This document shows, piece by piece, positions 9,101 to 17,455 of a stretch of DNA of 64,000 nucleotides. Source of the DNA: an uncultured Planctomycetia bacterium. GTDB taxonomy: Bacteria; Omnitrophota; Gorgyraeia; 2-02-FULL-51-18. Each line of letters starts with the position of its first letter. Position 1 is the stretch's first letter. Location of the stretch: positions 97,085-161,084 of the forward strand of contig CAZSGP010000001.1 of the NCBI GenBank assembly GCA_964606485.1. Reading direction: 5' to 3'. The notes beneath the pieces are model-generated. The model ran no database searches, was not told the DNA's origin, and saw nothing but the letters and a program-made list of their open reading frames with translations. The position numbers were made by a program, and so were the translations under genes.

Positions 9101-11445
9101 AGGATCAAAAATTAAAAGCTCCGGAAGAGTTGGCAAAGCTTCTAACCGACGGGCGAGAGCTTTTAAAATCACAAGTATTTGACGCACAGAGCCAAAAGGC
9201 CCAAGCTGAACAAGCCGCCGCGGACCGCAGTGAATGGGTGTCGCTTACTTTCCTGAAGGGCCGCGATTTATACAAGCAGCAAAAAATTCAAGAAGCGCTC
9301 GAAACCTGGAAGCAAATCATCCCTTATCTTGAAAATGCCGATCAATTTCAAGGTTTTATTCAGGCCGCCGAAGATAGTTATCGCGCTGCAGAAGAAGCTA
9401 AGAAGTTAGCGGCGGAGTCCGCTTCTCTCCAGGAGTTGAAGCTGAAGAGCCCTCCCGAATTTGTGGTTTCTTTGACCGAAATCAATAACCAGTTGAAATA
9501 TCAACTGTATGACGCAAAAACACGCAAAGATAAAGCTGATAAGTCCCTGCAGGACCGCCAGAGCTTAGTGAGCGCGACCTTCGAAAAGGGTTCGGTGTTA
9601 TTTGCTCAGGAAAAATATTATGAGGCGCTCATTGTTTGGAGGGAATTGCTCCCTTATCTTGATGAGCAAACCAAGCTTCAACCGCTCTTAGACCAGGCGT
9701 TCAAGAATTATCAGGCACAGGTTGAAGCCGCCAATCAGGCTAAAACGGCGGCTGCCCGCCAAGGGATGAAATTTCAGTCCCCTGAGAATTTGGGGCGTTA
9801 TTTAAGCGATATCAGCGAAAACTACGCGAAGCAAACGCAGAGTTTCTTGAAAGAGCGCGAGCAGATGAGCGCCACCGTAGTGGAGCGGCAATCTTGGGTG
9901 AATGACATTTTCCAAAAAGGTAAGAATTTTTATGATGCCGGCCAATACGATCAGGCGGTCTCCCAGTGGAAGCTCATTGTTCCGCTGGTAAATGAAGGGG
10001 ACCAGGTTGCTAAATATATTGAAGTAGTGGATGCCAATCTTCAAAATCTTAAGAGCGCACAAAATTCTTCTCAGAGTGCGGTGGTCGAACGCGATAAGCG
10101 TTTCGCGGTTCCACAGGGACTACCTGAGTTGCTCGGCCAAGCCGCCAAGCATTTGAAAGATGAGGCATTTGAAGCTGAAAATCAACGCGTTAAGGCGGAC
10201 CAAACCTTGAGCGAGAGACAGCTCTTTGTCAAAACGACTTTTGAAAAAGGAAAAACGCTTTACGGGGAAGCTCATTTTGCGGAAGCCATACAGGAATGGG
10301 AAAAGCTGGGTCCTTACTTGGATGAGCAGACCGGAATTCAAAAATTAATCGGAGAGGCTAAGACCAATTATAAAAATGCGATGGATTCTAAACAATTGGC
10401 GGTGGAAGCTTTTGCGAAGGAATACAAGGGTCTCAAGCTTTCTTATACCGATCAGATGATTAAGCTTTTGGAAGAAGCCAACGCCAAACTTTCATCGGAA
10501 TCTGCCCAAAATAAATTAAAAGTAGATGATTTAGAAAAGACATTGGCCGAGCGGCGCGAGTGGGCAGCGAACACCTTTAATAAGGCGAGCGTCTATTACG
10601 ATCAAGGCCGGTACGACGAGGCGATTGAGCAGTGGGAGCGTCTCTTGCCGTACCTCGAAAGCGATTCTCCGATGAAAAAGCAAATTGAGATGATTCGCAC
10701 AAATTTTAACGCGCTTCAAAATGGTTCAAAGAGCGCTGAAACCTTGAACACCAAAAAAGACAAGTGGACAGAAGTTCCGGAGGAATTTAGCCAGTCGCTT
10801 ACGGAAGTCTCAAAGAAATTTGAAGAGAAGGCGCGAGATGCGCAGTCCGGATCCGCAACGCTTGAAAAAGAAATATCAGATCGAAAAGAGTATTTCCGTT
10901 TTGTGTATCAAAAAGGAAAAGATCTGTTTGACCAAGGTAACGATGAAGAAGCTTTGAAGGCTTGGGAGACGCTGATGCCCTATTTAGCAGAAGCTCCCGG
11001 CATTAAAGCACAAATCGAAACGGCTAAAAATTCCCTGAAGGATCTTAAGGCGGCTCGAAAACTTCAAGAGCAAATTGATGCCAAGAAAAAATCATTGTTG
11101 CCTTTACCGCCCGTAGAAGTTCAAGCTCAAGCCCAGCCTGTTCAAAGTGAGGCTCCTGCTCCAGCAGAAGACCCTGCAGAGCCGGCTAAGCCCGAGGCAG
11201 CTAGTGGCGCCAAAACCGAATTTGTTTCGGGAGAAATTGTGGATGTGGACTCTGAGAAACAATTTATAACCATTAAGCTTTATACCGTCGGTGACAAGAA
11301 AACGCTTGAACTTCATTTTGACCAAAATACTCTTGTTAAGGGCGATGAAAAAGGAAAGTCCATCGGTTCTCTTCAAGCGGGAACCGCGGTTGATCTGCGA
11401 TATGATCCCGACTCCAAACAAGCGGTTACCGTTTACGTCTACTAA
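3136..11445 (+). CDS. Giant secreted alpha-helical tandem-repeat protein. About 24 TPR-like repeats of ~115-140 aa, plus a C-terminal ~90-aa beta-rich domain.
   Basis: Uninterrupted ORF 3067-11445. The preferred start is ATG 3136 (MPKSVRRFLASFLVISLIGAYA, signal peptide). The unit is repeated: FQKGKDLYxxGxYxEAxxxWxxLxPYLExxxxxxxYIxxxxxNYxxAxxAxxxAxxxxxxKFKAPxELxxxL. The C-terminus (…FVSGEIVDVDSEKQFITIKLYTVGDKKTLELHF…VTVYVY) differs from the repeats. Confidence 0.8.
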   Translation: MPKSVRRFLASFLVISLIGAYAGPSVYPASRAKEKVNAIFKQGKVFYDQGKYKEALDVWNSLDEELLSQEPSVQKVIEFLKGKIPSDYEEQEAASAPSAPTVSSVTVPVETSAEAASIAPIKTPSAVSQSLNDSTKNLQSQISQAKAQKGQNAKKSAEAEAALLADFQKGKDLFDQGNGREALAVWRGLLPKVANPGELEKQLKKIESSLNDLDAARAEAAKFSAVGGQKFQAPGGFVALLEGVSEDLDNVQSQIAQAKIQKEQDAKKSAEEALVAEFQKGKVLFDKGNARDALAIWKALLPKVKNSGELEKQLIKIESSLDDLDAARAASAKFSAAGGQKFQAPGGFVTLLQGVSEYLDKEAREVEWTRWKSDEKVLDRQKWIKENYEKAHDLFSREKYKEAIDMYALILPYLEDGENIEPFLQSVRMSYQNLLDAQKASEQIEQNAPKKFKAPVELVTYLSKAETELQSQAKIALEQKQKLEKAGLDQQVLMNTNFEKGKALYEKGRIKEAVAAWSSVTPYLEEGARVQGYLESISKNYEAARITDEFVQGASLKIGKKFKAPDGFILNLKEASEALEKEAQQAAMLKWKTQNELMDQEKWFKETLAQAKAHFDEGRVEKGLETSRQVLPMLEESAQIQAFLDGIALSEQNLQDAKKTSAQFAQSRNKKFKAPDALIAMLSDADQRLQFQAKQAMTQKAVVDKAALDQQVWVNSAFEKGKAFYQQGKVREAISAWTTITPYLEGGTDIQSSLDLVQKNYESAQASAQLAKDAVSQKDQKYKSPAELPVIMEQMNAKLQTDLLESKAQKARTEQAVAERQKWILSTFQKGKDFFASGHTQDAITEWDRLTPYLEEASEIRALIEKAKLSYQSLVLAQSETARFASTEYKSLKVPYAADIQASLAQSLSSLETQTQIALEQKSQLEKTISDRKVWIDQTFLKGKALYEKGQFKEAAQTWSALVPYLDSSAQIRVAIDAVLNHADQAVVVKTQAEEAISKKDQAFKAPDELAKMLLLAKQSLKTEAFQAQTQKAQLDQTLFERQQWINQNFQKGKDLYGKQKYTEALSAWKEILPYLENKDEVKSYIESVEASIENAKDAKNAADQAQSRVQSKVKAPQELIKSLSDLSQKHKLEIQESLSARSKFEQDSENREKFVTDTFQKGKDLYNQGSYLEAISTWKSILPYLEESSQAQAYLQSVQASLENAQEAKRAADAAKMEIDRKFQAPGELLLYLNQAGQKLSEEAKLSNGLRVKAEQNVSDRRDWLVSTFQKGRALVEQGKVQEGLQVFNQLIPYLNEEKEVAQAIKAIEKNYNDASAAKAALTQTQEKSNQKFKAPAELTALLSQANLRFQTEIADALSRKKQSEDSLSQKQLWILTAFQKGKELYTQGKIGEAVESWGEMTPYLDPQSDAQKLIDQSKESQRAALEARRSAVAAAAKEYQGFQIPADLVTYLDDADQKLRNEAQSLSAQKLRADKTFFDKQAWINASFEKGLAFYQNGKIPEALDAWDNLIPYLESEPLLKKELVSLRSEYAAILQIQKEVEAQKGQKLQAPAELKMALADFTGQLKLKTQAYQNDKSALEKSLLDRQAAVNDSLQKAKQLFKDEKPAEAVALLEDIVPNFDADSGIAAQVAGLRASQKNLLAAQAVAQQALQKKDQKLKAPDGFLKAIAGFDQALQNKTKESLSVQAQLQSDMADRQKLVEMTFLKGQTAFNEGKIREALESWTSLTAYLEKDSEAAVMIDQVQTRYKNLLDAQFQAQAAAVKKDQKFQLSPAWLKSIASAQSGLEAQTKEVIGQRLAMEKSVSNRHAWIQTTFESGNANYQNGDYDKALAEWQKLTPYVDESSGFEELLAQTKASLANFQAAKTQTANFASTQYKSLKVPYAGEMNATLSKVLADLDRETQSAVGQKAQMEKTLSERKAWVDQNFQKGKELFQKGQIKDAAVTWTALIPYLESEQQIKALLDALLKNYEFATQAQSQAKEVLSRKDQKLKAPEELAKLLTDGRELLKSQVFDAQSQKAQAEQAAADRSEWVSLTFLKGRDLYKQQKIQEALETWKQIIPYLENADQFQGFIQAAEDSYRAAEEAKKLAAESASLQELKLKSPPEFVVSLTEINNQLKYQLYDAKTRKDKADKSLQDRQSLVSATFEKGSVLFAQEKYYEALIVWRELLPYLDEQTKLQPLLDQAFKNYQAQVEAANQAKTAAARQGMKFQSPENLGRYLSDISENYAKQTQSFLKEREQMSATVVERQSWVNDIFQKGKNFYDAGQYDQAVSQWKLIVPLVNEGDQVAKYIEVVDANLQNLKSAQNSSQSAVVERDKRFAVPQGLPELLGQAAKHLKDEAFEAENQRVKADQTLSERQLFVKTTFEKGKTLYGEAHFAEAIQEWEKLGPYLDEQTGIQKLIGEAKTNYKNAMDSKQLAVEAFAKEYKGLKLSYTDQMIKLLEEANAKLSSESAQNKLKVDDLEKTLAERREWAANTFNKASVYYDQGRYDEAIEQWERLLPYLESDSPMKKQIEMIRTNFNALQNGSKSAETLNTKKDKWTEVPEEFSQSLTEVSKKFEEKARDAQSGSATLEKEISDRKEYFRFVYQKGKDLFDQGNDEEALKAWETLMPYLAEAPGIKAQIETAKNSLKDLKAARKLQEQIDAKKKSLLPLPPVEVQAQAQPVQSEAPAPAEDPAEPAKPEAASGAKTEFVSGEIVDVDSEKQFITIKLYTVGDKKTLELHFDQNTLVKGDEKGKSIGSLQAGTAVDLRYDPDSKQAVTVYVY
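3541..4224 (+). repeat. Recent tandem duplication (2 x ~342 bp, ~80% nt identity) at the start of the repeat array
   Basis: Protein copies LQSQISQAKAQKGQNAKKSAEAEAALLADFQKGKDLFDQGNGREALAVW... and VQSQIAQAKIQKEQDAKKSAEEALVAEFQKGKVLFDKGNARDALAIW... are nearly identical over ~114 aa. Confidence 0.7.
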
Positions 11446-12355
11446 AACGCCTTCCCTGTTTTTATTTGTTCTTCTTTCGGCACTTTGTTTAGCCGCAAGT
11501 CCCGTTGATTATTTGCAACAAGCCAATGAGGCACTCGAGCGAAAGGATCTGTTACGCGCTGATTTTTACATGACGCGTTATTTGGCGAAGGGAGCTGTTA
11601 AGGAAGATGACGCCCGGGAGTTTATCAAAAGAAGGCGCTTGGACCCGGGAACCTTTTTTCCATCGGGCTATGATTCCGAATTTATCCAGTGGTTTACGGA
11701 GAGCACCTATAAGCAATGGGCTGTGGGGGATGATAAAATCAAAGAAAAGGTTCGCTCCTTTGAAATTGCAACGGGTCGCAAAGAGAACTATTTTGTCACC
11801 ATGACCGCAACACCGGCGCTTCAAACCTGGTTTCAAAGCGGACCGCCGCTCAAGACTTTGCTTTTGGCCATGGCGACCCACAAACCGGCCGTGGCGATTT
11901 ACGCCGGTAAGCTTCTTCAAGATAAGCCAGCTATCCTATTTCCGATTGTTAGAATCGATGCAGGGAGGCATTTCGTGCATCATGTATGGACACCTGAGTT
12001 TTTGGACCTGGACGGGGACCGGGTGCCTGAAATCTGGATCAGGTATAATTTAACGGGTGCCGAGGGATTCGAACAGGTGCTTGAGGTGTATAAAATTCAA
12101 GAGGACTCTAATCTAGAGCTTCTAGGGCGTTTTAAGGGTTCTTATGACGGGGTCGCACGACGTCTCGACGGAGGAAGCACGATTGAAACATTGACGGGTG
12201 AGGGCAGTAAGCCTAGCCTGCCTCGTGCGATGTTCGACCAATATGAAGTTCGGCATTATCAATTTCAAAACGGCGAATTTGAAGAGAAAACCATGGGAAC
12301 CGTATCGCATATTTTAAGGAGCAAAGAATGGAAAAAATACTACCTTCCGTCATAG
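11402..12355 (+). CDS. Hypothetical secreted protein
   Basis: ORF 11291-12355 overlaps the giant gene. The likely start is ATG 11402, giving MIPTPNKRLPFTSTKTPSLFLFVLLSALCLAASPV, a signal peptide with a long n-region. No recognisable catalytic motifs. Confidence 0.45.
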   Translation: MIPTPNKRLPFTSTKTPSLFLFVLLSALCLAASPVDYLQQANEALERKDLLRADFYMTRYLAKGAVKEDDAREFIKRRRLDPGTFFPSGYDSEFIQWFTESTYKQWAVGDDKIKEKVRSFEIATGRKENYFVTMTATPALQTWFQSGPPLKTLLLAMATHKPAVAIYAGKLLQDKPAILFPIVRIDAGRHFVHHVWTPEFLDLDGDRVPEIWIRYNLTGAEGFEQVLEVYKIQEDSNLELLGRFKGSYDGVARRLDGGSTIETLTGEGSKPSLPRAMFDQYEVRHYQFQNGEFEEKTMGTVSHILRSKEWKKYYLPS

Positions 12356-12579
12356 CCGGGATGTTGTTGTGCCGTTTGGTTTATGGAGATCCCATGGAAG
12401 ATCCTCAGAAACGTCTTAAAATGATAAAAGATAAGGCTTGGAAAGCGTCTGTTTCAGAGCCCAAAAAAAATTTTAACCTGGACCCTCAATCGCTCGCTAA
12501 AGCCAAAAAGGAAGGCATAGAAATTCCTTACCCGCCCGATCAAGTGAAGCTGGACGCCCAAGAAGCTGAAGATTTTTAA
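12328..12579 (+). CDS. Small hypothetical protein (83 aa) with an N-terminal hydrophobic segment
   Basis: ORF only, translationally coupled to the upstream gene. Lys/Glu-rich C-terminus. Confidence 0.3.
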   Translation: MEKILPSVIAGMLLCRLVYGDPMEDPQKRLKMIKDKAWKASVSEPKKNFNLDPQSLAKAKKEGIEIPYPPDQVKLDAQEAEDF

Positions 12580-12640
12580 GTTCCTACAAAATTCACTAAC
12601 CCTGCTCATCCTGCTTTTTCCAGCCCCCTTTTTTGGAGGC

Positions 12641-14521
12641 GTGGGGAAAGTTCCGGTTTTTATTTTTCAGGTTTTGGTGCTGTTGGCTTTTATGATATTG
12701 GTTGTGCGGGTGTTATACGGCGATGGTTCGAATAGCCCTTTGTTCGGCGCTATCAGGCGAATTTTTGTGCCTTGGATTTTATTTAATACCTTCCTGCTTT
12801 ATGCGGGACTTCAAGCTATTTTAGGCCCCCTGATCTTTCAAGGGCTTCCCGGGTCAATCGCTCCTTTCAGGTCGTTTCATTATGTAATACAACTTTTCTG
12901 TTATGAGGTTTTATTTTTTTTGATTCTCGATTTATTGTCCGATTTGCGCCGTCTCACGTGGATAAGTTTTTTCTTGGGTTTTCAAGTCGTTTTTTTAATT
13001 GCACTTGGATTCTACCAAAGTTTTGCGGAGCTTCAGCCTATCCGGAAGTTTTACAATTTTTTTGAACCCACCAATGTGCAGATTTTATTTTCGTCATTTT
13101 CCAATGCCAATCATTACGGGGCATATATTTTTTTGGCGAGCCTATTATTTCTAGCCTATTTTTTGTGCTACTGGAAAAATTTCAAAGTCCCATTTGAATG
13201 GGATGTTGACGCGGTTTTGGCTCTAATTTTTGGAATTATTTTCATTTTGACGGGGTGGTCTATCCGGGCCGCAGGGGCTCGAGCCGTTTTTATGACTTAT
13301 GTTTTTACGTTAATCGCAGCGCCTTATTTTGTTTTTAAGCACTTTGAGAAAAGGATTTGGTTTCTCATTTCAATCGTAGCCATCTTAGTGCTATCGCTAC
13401 TCTCTCTTAGCATCCGACCAACTTACATTTATGAGAAATGGTCGACTCTAGGGGACGCCGTCATACTGCGTTTTTCGATTTACCGTGAAATGATTGGTAT
13501 TTTTTTAAATTTTCCTCTTTTTGGAGTTGGGTTGGGTACATGTAAATATATTTCGAGTTTGTTTCAGATCGACATGGTTTCTAATTTTACCTGGGCCCAT
13601 CTTTTTAGCCACCATTTGGAGCTTGCATCCGAAACAGGTATTGTTGGTTACGGGTTGTTTATGGGAAGTCTGGGTTGGATTGGCATTCTAAGCTTAAAAA
13701 ATATTCTCACTCGCGTTCATGGGGAGCGCAAAGTTTATGGATTTATCGGTTTTTGGGCTCTAGGTATGATGTTTGCTCTTTCTTTTATTGATGAATATCT
13801 TCTGACGCCTGCAACGGCGATTCTAGTTGTGTTTTTTTTGGCGGTGCTGATCCGATGCGCTTTTGATCTTGAGGTGACCGAATTTGATTGGAAGCCAGCG
13901 CTTCACCCGTTCCTGAGGAATGCCGCTTTTAAGATGCTGATGCTGCTATTTACACTAACCCTAAGCAGTTGGTTTTTGTTGAGTAGTGCGAAAGAGGGTA
14001 TGGCGGGCGTTTTAATGTCACCTACCGAGAGAAATATCGAGATCTTAAAGAAGGGTGTGCATTTTTCCCCTAACAATGCCGAGTATCTACTGCTTTTGGG
14101 GGATGCTTGTTATCGCAAAGACGGCCAAAATTATCTATCAGCGTACGAAAAGGCAGTCCGTAGCGCGCCGACCTGGGCTCGCGCTTGGCTTTTGATGGGC
14201 CGGGCCAAACTATCCTCGGGGATTATAGAAGAGGGTCTAGATAATTTGGAGACAGCCGCCAATTTAATGCCTTATAACCGGGACTCCTATTTGTATTTGA
14301 TTCTCACGTATCTGCGCTTGGAAAATCACGTTCAGTCACATACCCAGAAAAAATATTATCATCAAAAGGCTCTTTCATGGTTGATCGCGTCGAATAGTCT
14401 CGAAAGACCCTTTACGCATAAGGATTGGGGATACGTAACGATGCATGTTTCAACCGGATCGATGCCGGCTGAGGATAAGAGCCGGATCCTGAAGCTGCTG
14501 GACGAAGTGGGCGCGTTATAG
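12641..14521 (+). CDS. Wzy_C-domain polytopic membrane protein (O-antigen ligase/polymerase family) with a C-terminal TPR region
   Basis: More than 10 predicted TM helices. Family motif region NFPLFGVGLGTCKY...WAHLFSHHLELASETGIVGYGLF (H...E...G..G). C-terminal TPR-like repeats (YLLLLGDACYRKDGQNYLSAYEKAV...WLLMGRA). Confidence 0.65.
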   Translation: MGKVPVFIFQVLVLLAFMILVVRVLYGDGSNSPLFGAIRRIFVPWILFNTFLLYAGLQAILGPLIFQGLPGSIAPFRSFHYVIQLFCYEVLFFLILDLLSDLRRLTWISFFLGFQVVFLIALGFYQSFAELQPIRKFYNFFEPTNVQILFSSFSNANHYGAYIFLASLLFLAYFLCYWKNFKVPFEWDVDAVLALIFGIIFILTGWSIRAAGARAVFMTYVFTLIAAPYFVFKHFEKRIWFLISIVAILVLSLLSLSIRPTYIYEKWSTLGDAVILRFSIYREMIGIFLNFPLFGVGLGTCKYISSLFQIDMVSNFTWAHLFSHHLELASETGIVGYGLFMGSLGWIGILSLKNILTRVHGERKVYGFIGFWALGMMFALSFIDEYLLTPATAILVVFFLAVLIRCAFDLEVTEFDWKPALHPFLRNAAFKMLMLLFTLTLSSWFLLSSAKEGMAGVLMSPTERNIEILKKGVHFSPNNAEYLLLLGDACYRKDGQNYLSAYEKAVRSAPTWARAWLLMGRAKLSSGIIEEGLDNLETAANLMPYNRDSYLYLILTYLRLENHVQSHTQKKYYHQKALSWLIASNSLERPFTHKDWGYVTMHVSTGSMPAEDKSRILKLLDEVGAL

Positions 14522-14529
14522 TCATTCGG

Positions 14530-15243
14530 ATGAGACCTTCTAGTGTTTCGGTTGTTTTGCCAACGCTTAATGAATCTGAGGGAATTTTAAAATTAATTGA
14601 GTCTATCAAAACCAATCTTGGAGCATCGCTTCTAGAAATCGTGATTGTGGACGATGATAGTCCTGACCGTACATGGGAAGTGATTGAGCGTTTGGGGGAC
14701 CCCATCTGCAAAGTCATTCGCCGAATCGGGTGTCGCGGTTTAGCTTCGGCTATCGCGCAAGGCGCGGAGAGTTCGCTCGGGGAAGTGATCCTAATTTCGG
14801 ACGCTGATTTTGGAATCTCCCCAAGCGTCATGCCTAGACTTGTTCAAGCATTAGAGCGGTGCGACATTGCGGTGGGTTCACGCTACGTGGAGTCCGGCTC
14901 GGACGAGCGACCTTGGCTAAGAGCGATGTTGAGTCGCGTTTTTAATGCGGTTGCATCTCTGATGTTGGACCGACGATTTCATGACTATACGTCTGGATTT
15001 GTGGCGTTTCGCAGGAGAGTGCTCGAGAAAGCGCCGATTGGCCCTGAGGGTTACGGGGATTATTTTATGGATTGGATCGTGCGCGCCTTAAAAAATGGGT
15101 ACGTCGTTTGCGAGGTTGGGTACGCTTACGGTCTTCGCACGCACGGGGTTTCTAAGACCGATTCGAGCCTCGTGTCGTTTTTAAAAATATGTTTCCAATA
15201 TATTCGCAGGCTATTTAAAATTAAATTTAGCTACTCAACTTAA
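14530..15243 (+). CDS. GT2-family glycosyltransferase (polyprenyl-phosphate/dolichyl-phosphate sugar transferase-like)
   Basis: VSVVLPTLNE...IVIVDDDSPDRT...DADF matches the GT2 DxD architecture. Size ~237 aa. Confidence 0.8.
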   Translation: MRPSSVSVVLPTLNESEGILKLIESIKTNLGASLLEIVIVDDDSPDRTWEVIERLGDPICKVIRRIGCRGLASAIAQGAESSLGEVILISDADFGISPSVMPRLVQALERCDIAVGSRYVESGSDERPWLRAMLSRVFNAVASLMLDRRFHDYTSGFVAFRRRVLEKAPIGPEGYGDYFMDWIVRALKNGYVVCEVGYAYGLRTHGVSKTDSSLVSFLKICFQYIRRLFKIKFSYST

Positions 15244-15254
15244 AGAAGGAAGAA

Positions 15255-16490
15255 TTGCTGTCTATCACCGAAAGAAAAACTTGCAGAGTCTGCGGATTTG
15301 AACCGTTAGACTTTTTATACTCTCTGGGAAATCTGTTTGTTTCTGGATTTGTTTATCCTGGTGAATCGGGTATGCGGGCACCTCTCGATCTTGTGCACTG
15401 CGGGCGCTGCTCTCTCGTCCAGCTAAAACACACCGCCCCTCAGGAACTTTTGTATGCGCGCTTTTATTGGTACCGTTCGGGCGTTACGGAAACCATGCGA
15501 AAAGCTTTGCGGGATATCACGCAAAATATTGAAACTAAAATCCATCTTGAAGCCGGCGATGTTGTTTTGGATATCGGTTCCAACGACGGAACGCTTTTGA
15601 GAACCTATGAAAATAAAAAATTAATCACCGTGGGCGTTGAGCCTGCATCCAATTTGGCTGAGGAGGGGCGAAAGGGCTTAAGCTTTTTTTTGGGAGATTT
15701 TTGGAATATTGAATCCTATTTAAAATCCGTTCCCAAAAAAGCCGCTGTGATTACGGCTATCGGTATGTTTTACGATATGGAAGATCCCAATCAGTTTATT
15801 CGCGATGCCGCCTCAGCGCTGGATGACAACGGACTTTTTGTGGTGCAAATGATGTGTTTGAAAAATATGCTTGATTTAAATGATCTCGGAAATATTTGTC
15901 ATGAGCATCTTGAATTTTATTCCTTGGAGGCCATAAAGTTTTTGTTTGAAAAAAACGGCCTTATTTTTTTAGACATCGAATACAATAACGTAAATGGCGG
16001 GAGTTACCGCATCACCTCAGCGCTCAAGAGTGGTCCAAGGAGACCGACTCCTGTGGAAAGAGAAAGAATTGAGCGATTCCTGAGGGATGAGGCGCCATTA
16101 ACCACTCGACAGGCTCATTTGGATTTTTTCTCGAGAGCGGAAGCAAACAAAGCCAAGTGTGTCGAGTTTATTCGTTCGGAAGTGGCTCGGGGAAAGACAG
16201 TTTGGGTCTATGGAGCCTCAACCAAGGGGAACACCATTTTGCAGTATTACGGGCTTGATCGGAGCTTGATTGCGGGGGCGTCAGAGCGCAGTCCGGAGAA
16301 GTGGGGGAAGGTGACGGTTGGGACCGAGATCCCTATTTTCCCCGAAGAAGAAGCGCGACGGGCAAAACCGGATTATTTTTTGGTTCTTCCTTACGCTTTT
16401 ATAAACGAATTTTATGAACGCGAAAAAAAATGGAGAGAGGGCGGAGGCAGATTCATCGTTCCTTTGCCGGAATTTAGAGTGCTCGAATGA
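15255..16490 (+). CDS. TylCIII/NovU-like sugar C-methyltransferase family protein, copy 1 (N-terminal Zn-ribbon plus SAM MTase)
   Basis: N-terminal CRVCG...CGRC. Class I SAM MTase motif VLDIGSNDGTLL. C-terminal C-methyltransferase-like domain. Paralog of the 56562-57824 gene. Confidence 0.65.
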   Translation: MLSITERKTCRVCGFEPLDFLYSLGNLFVSGFVYPGESGMRAPLDLVHCGRCSLVQLKHTAPQELLYARFYWYRSGVTETMRKALRDITQNIETKIHLEAGDVVLDIGSNDGTLLRTYENKKLITVGVEPASNLAEEGRKGLSFFLGDFWNIESYLKSVPKKAAVITAIGMFYDMEDPNQFIRDAASALDDNGLFVVQMMCLKNMLDLNDLGNICHEHLEFYSLEAIKFLFEKNGLIFLDIEYNNVNGGSYRITSALKSGPRRPTPVERERIERFLRDEAPLTTRQAHLDFFSRAEANKAKCVEFIRSEVARGKTVWVYGASTKGNTILQYYGLDRSLIAGASERSPEKWGKVTVGTEIPIFPEEEARRAKPDYFLVLPYAFINEFYEREKKWREGGGRFIVPLPEFRVLE

Positions 16491-17455
16491 AAAAGAAAGC
16501 ATTGGTTTTAGGGGTGACGGGCCAGGACGGAAGCTATTTGGCGGAGCTTTTGTTGGAAAAAGGGTATGAGGTTCATGGTCTCATTCGCCGCTCAGCCACG
16601 GGCAATACCAAAAATATTGATGCTTTTATAAACCGCATACAGGTCGAGTCGGGCGACTTGGCGGACAGCGGGTCGCTTTACCGCATCATTCAATCGGTGC
16701 GACCCAATGAAATTTACAACGAAGCCGATCAAGATCATGCAGGTTGGAGCTATCACGCGCCGGACTATTCATCCGACATTACCGGAGCGGCCCCAGGCCG
16801 AATTCTTGAAATCATCCGACAGACGGATAAGAATATAAAATTTTTCCAGCCGCTTACCTCTAATATGTTTGGGCAGGCTTCTGGGCCCTCCCAAAACGAA
16901 GAGACCCCGCTTAACCCCCAGAGTCCGTATGCTTGCGCGAAGGTTTACGCGTGGATGTTGTGCCGGTATTATCGTCAGGTCCACGGACTTTATGCGTCGT
17001 GCGCCATTTTTTTTAATCACGAGTCGCCGCGTCGGCACGAAAGCTACGTGACGCGTAAAATTACAAAGACGGCCCTTCGCATTGCGGAGGGATTGGAAAA
17101 GCAGCTCACGCTCGGGGATATCGACATTCCGATTGATTTCGGCTACGCACCGGAATACATGGAGGCGGCGTTTAAGATTTTACAGTTGGATGCGCCAAAT
17201 GATTTTATAATTGGAACCGGAAAGACACATACGGTGCGTGAATTTTTAGAAGAAACCTTTCGTCAGCTTGGGCTCGATTCTAAAAAATACGTCCAGTTTG
17301 ACCCTAAGTTTGTGAGGCCCGGAAAAACCAGCGCGCTCGTAGCTGATATTTCAAAGGCAAAGAAAATATTTGGGTTTGAGCCTAAAACGGATTTTAATGA
17401 AATTGTGCGCTTAATGGTTGAGAGTGAAAAACATCAAATCCCAAAAAAGGCCTAG
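16487..17455 (+). CDS. GDP-mannose 4,6-dehydratase-like SDR (divergent Gmd paralog)
   Basis: [34 protein letters not shown] and NHESPRRHESYVTRKI match Gmd. The region that is [12 protein letters not shown] in canonical Gmd reads NEADQDHAGWSY here. Confidence 0.7.
   Translation: MKKKALVLGVTGQDGSYLAELLLEKGYEVHGLIRRSATGNTKNIDAFINRIQVESGDLADSGSLYRIIQSVRPNEIYNEADQDHAGWSYHAPDYSSDITGAAPGRILEIIRQTDKNIKFFQPLTSNMFGQASGPSQNEETPLNPQSPYACAKVYAWMLCRYYRQVHGLYASCAIFFNHESPRRHESYVTRKITKTALRIAEGLEKQLTLGDIDIPIDFGYAPEYMEAAFKILQLDAPNDFIIGTGKTHTVREFLEETFRQLGLDSKKYVQFDPKFVRPGKTSALVADISKAKKIFGFEPKTDFNEIVRLMVESEKHQIPKKA

Noticed and set aside
3500-11100. Possible CRISPR-like or non-coding periodic repeat (~410-bp period)
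   Set aside because: The periodicity is in frame and codon-level. Amino-acid motifs are conserved while nucleotides diverge. There are no short direct repeats with unique spacers. It is a coding tandem repeat, not CRISPR.
3772-11421. Minus-strand and alternate-frame ORFs (62-117 aa) within the giant repeat gene, and ORF 11552-11920 inside the 11402-12355 gene
   Set aside because: They are embedded in a continuous 8.3-kb ORF that has strong periodic protein-level conservation. They show no independent signals.
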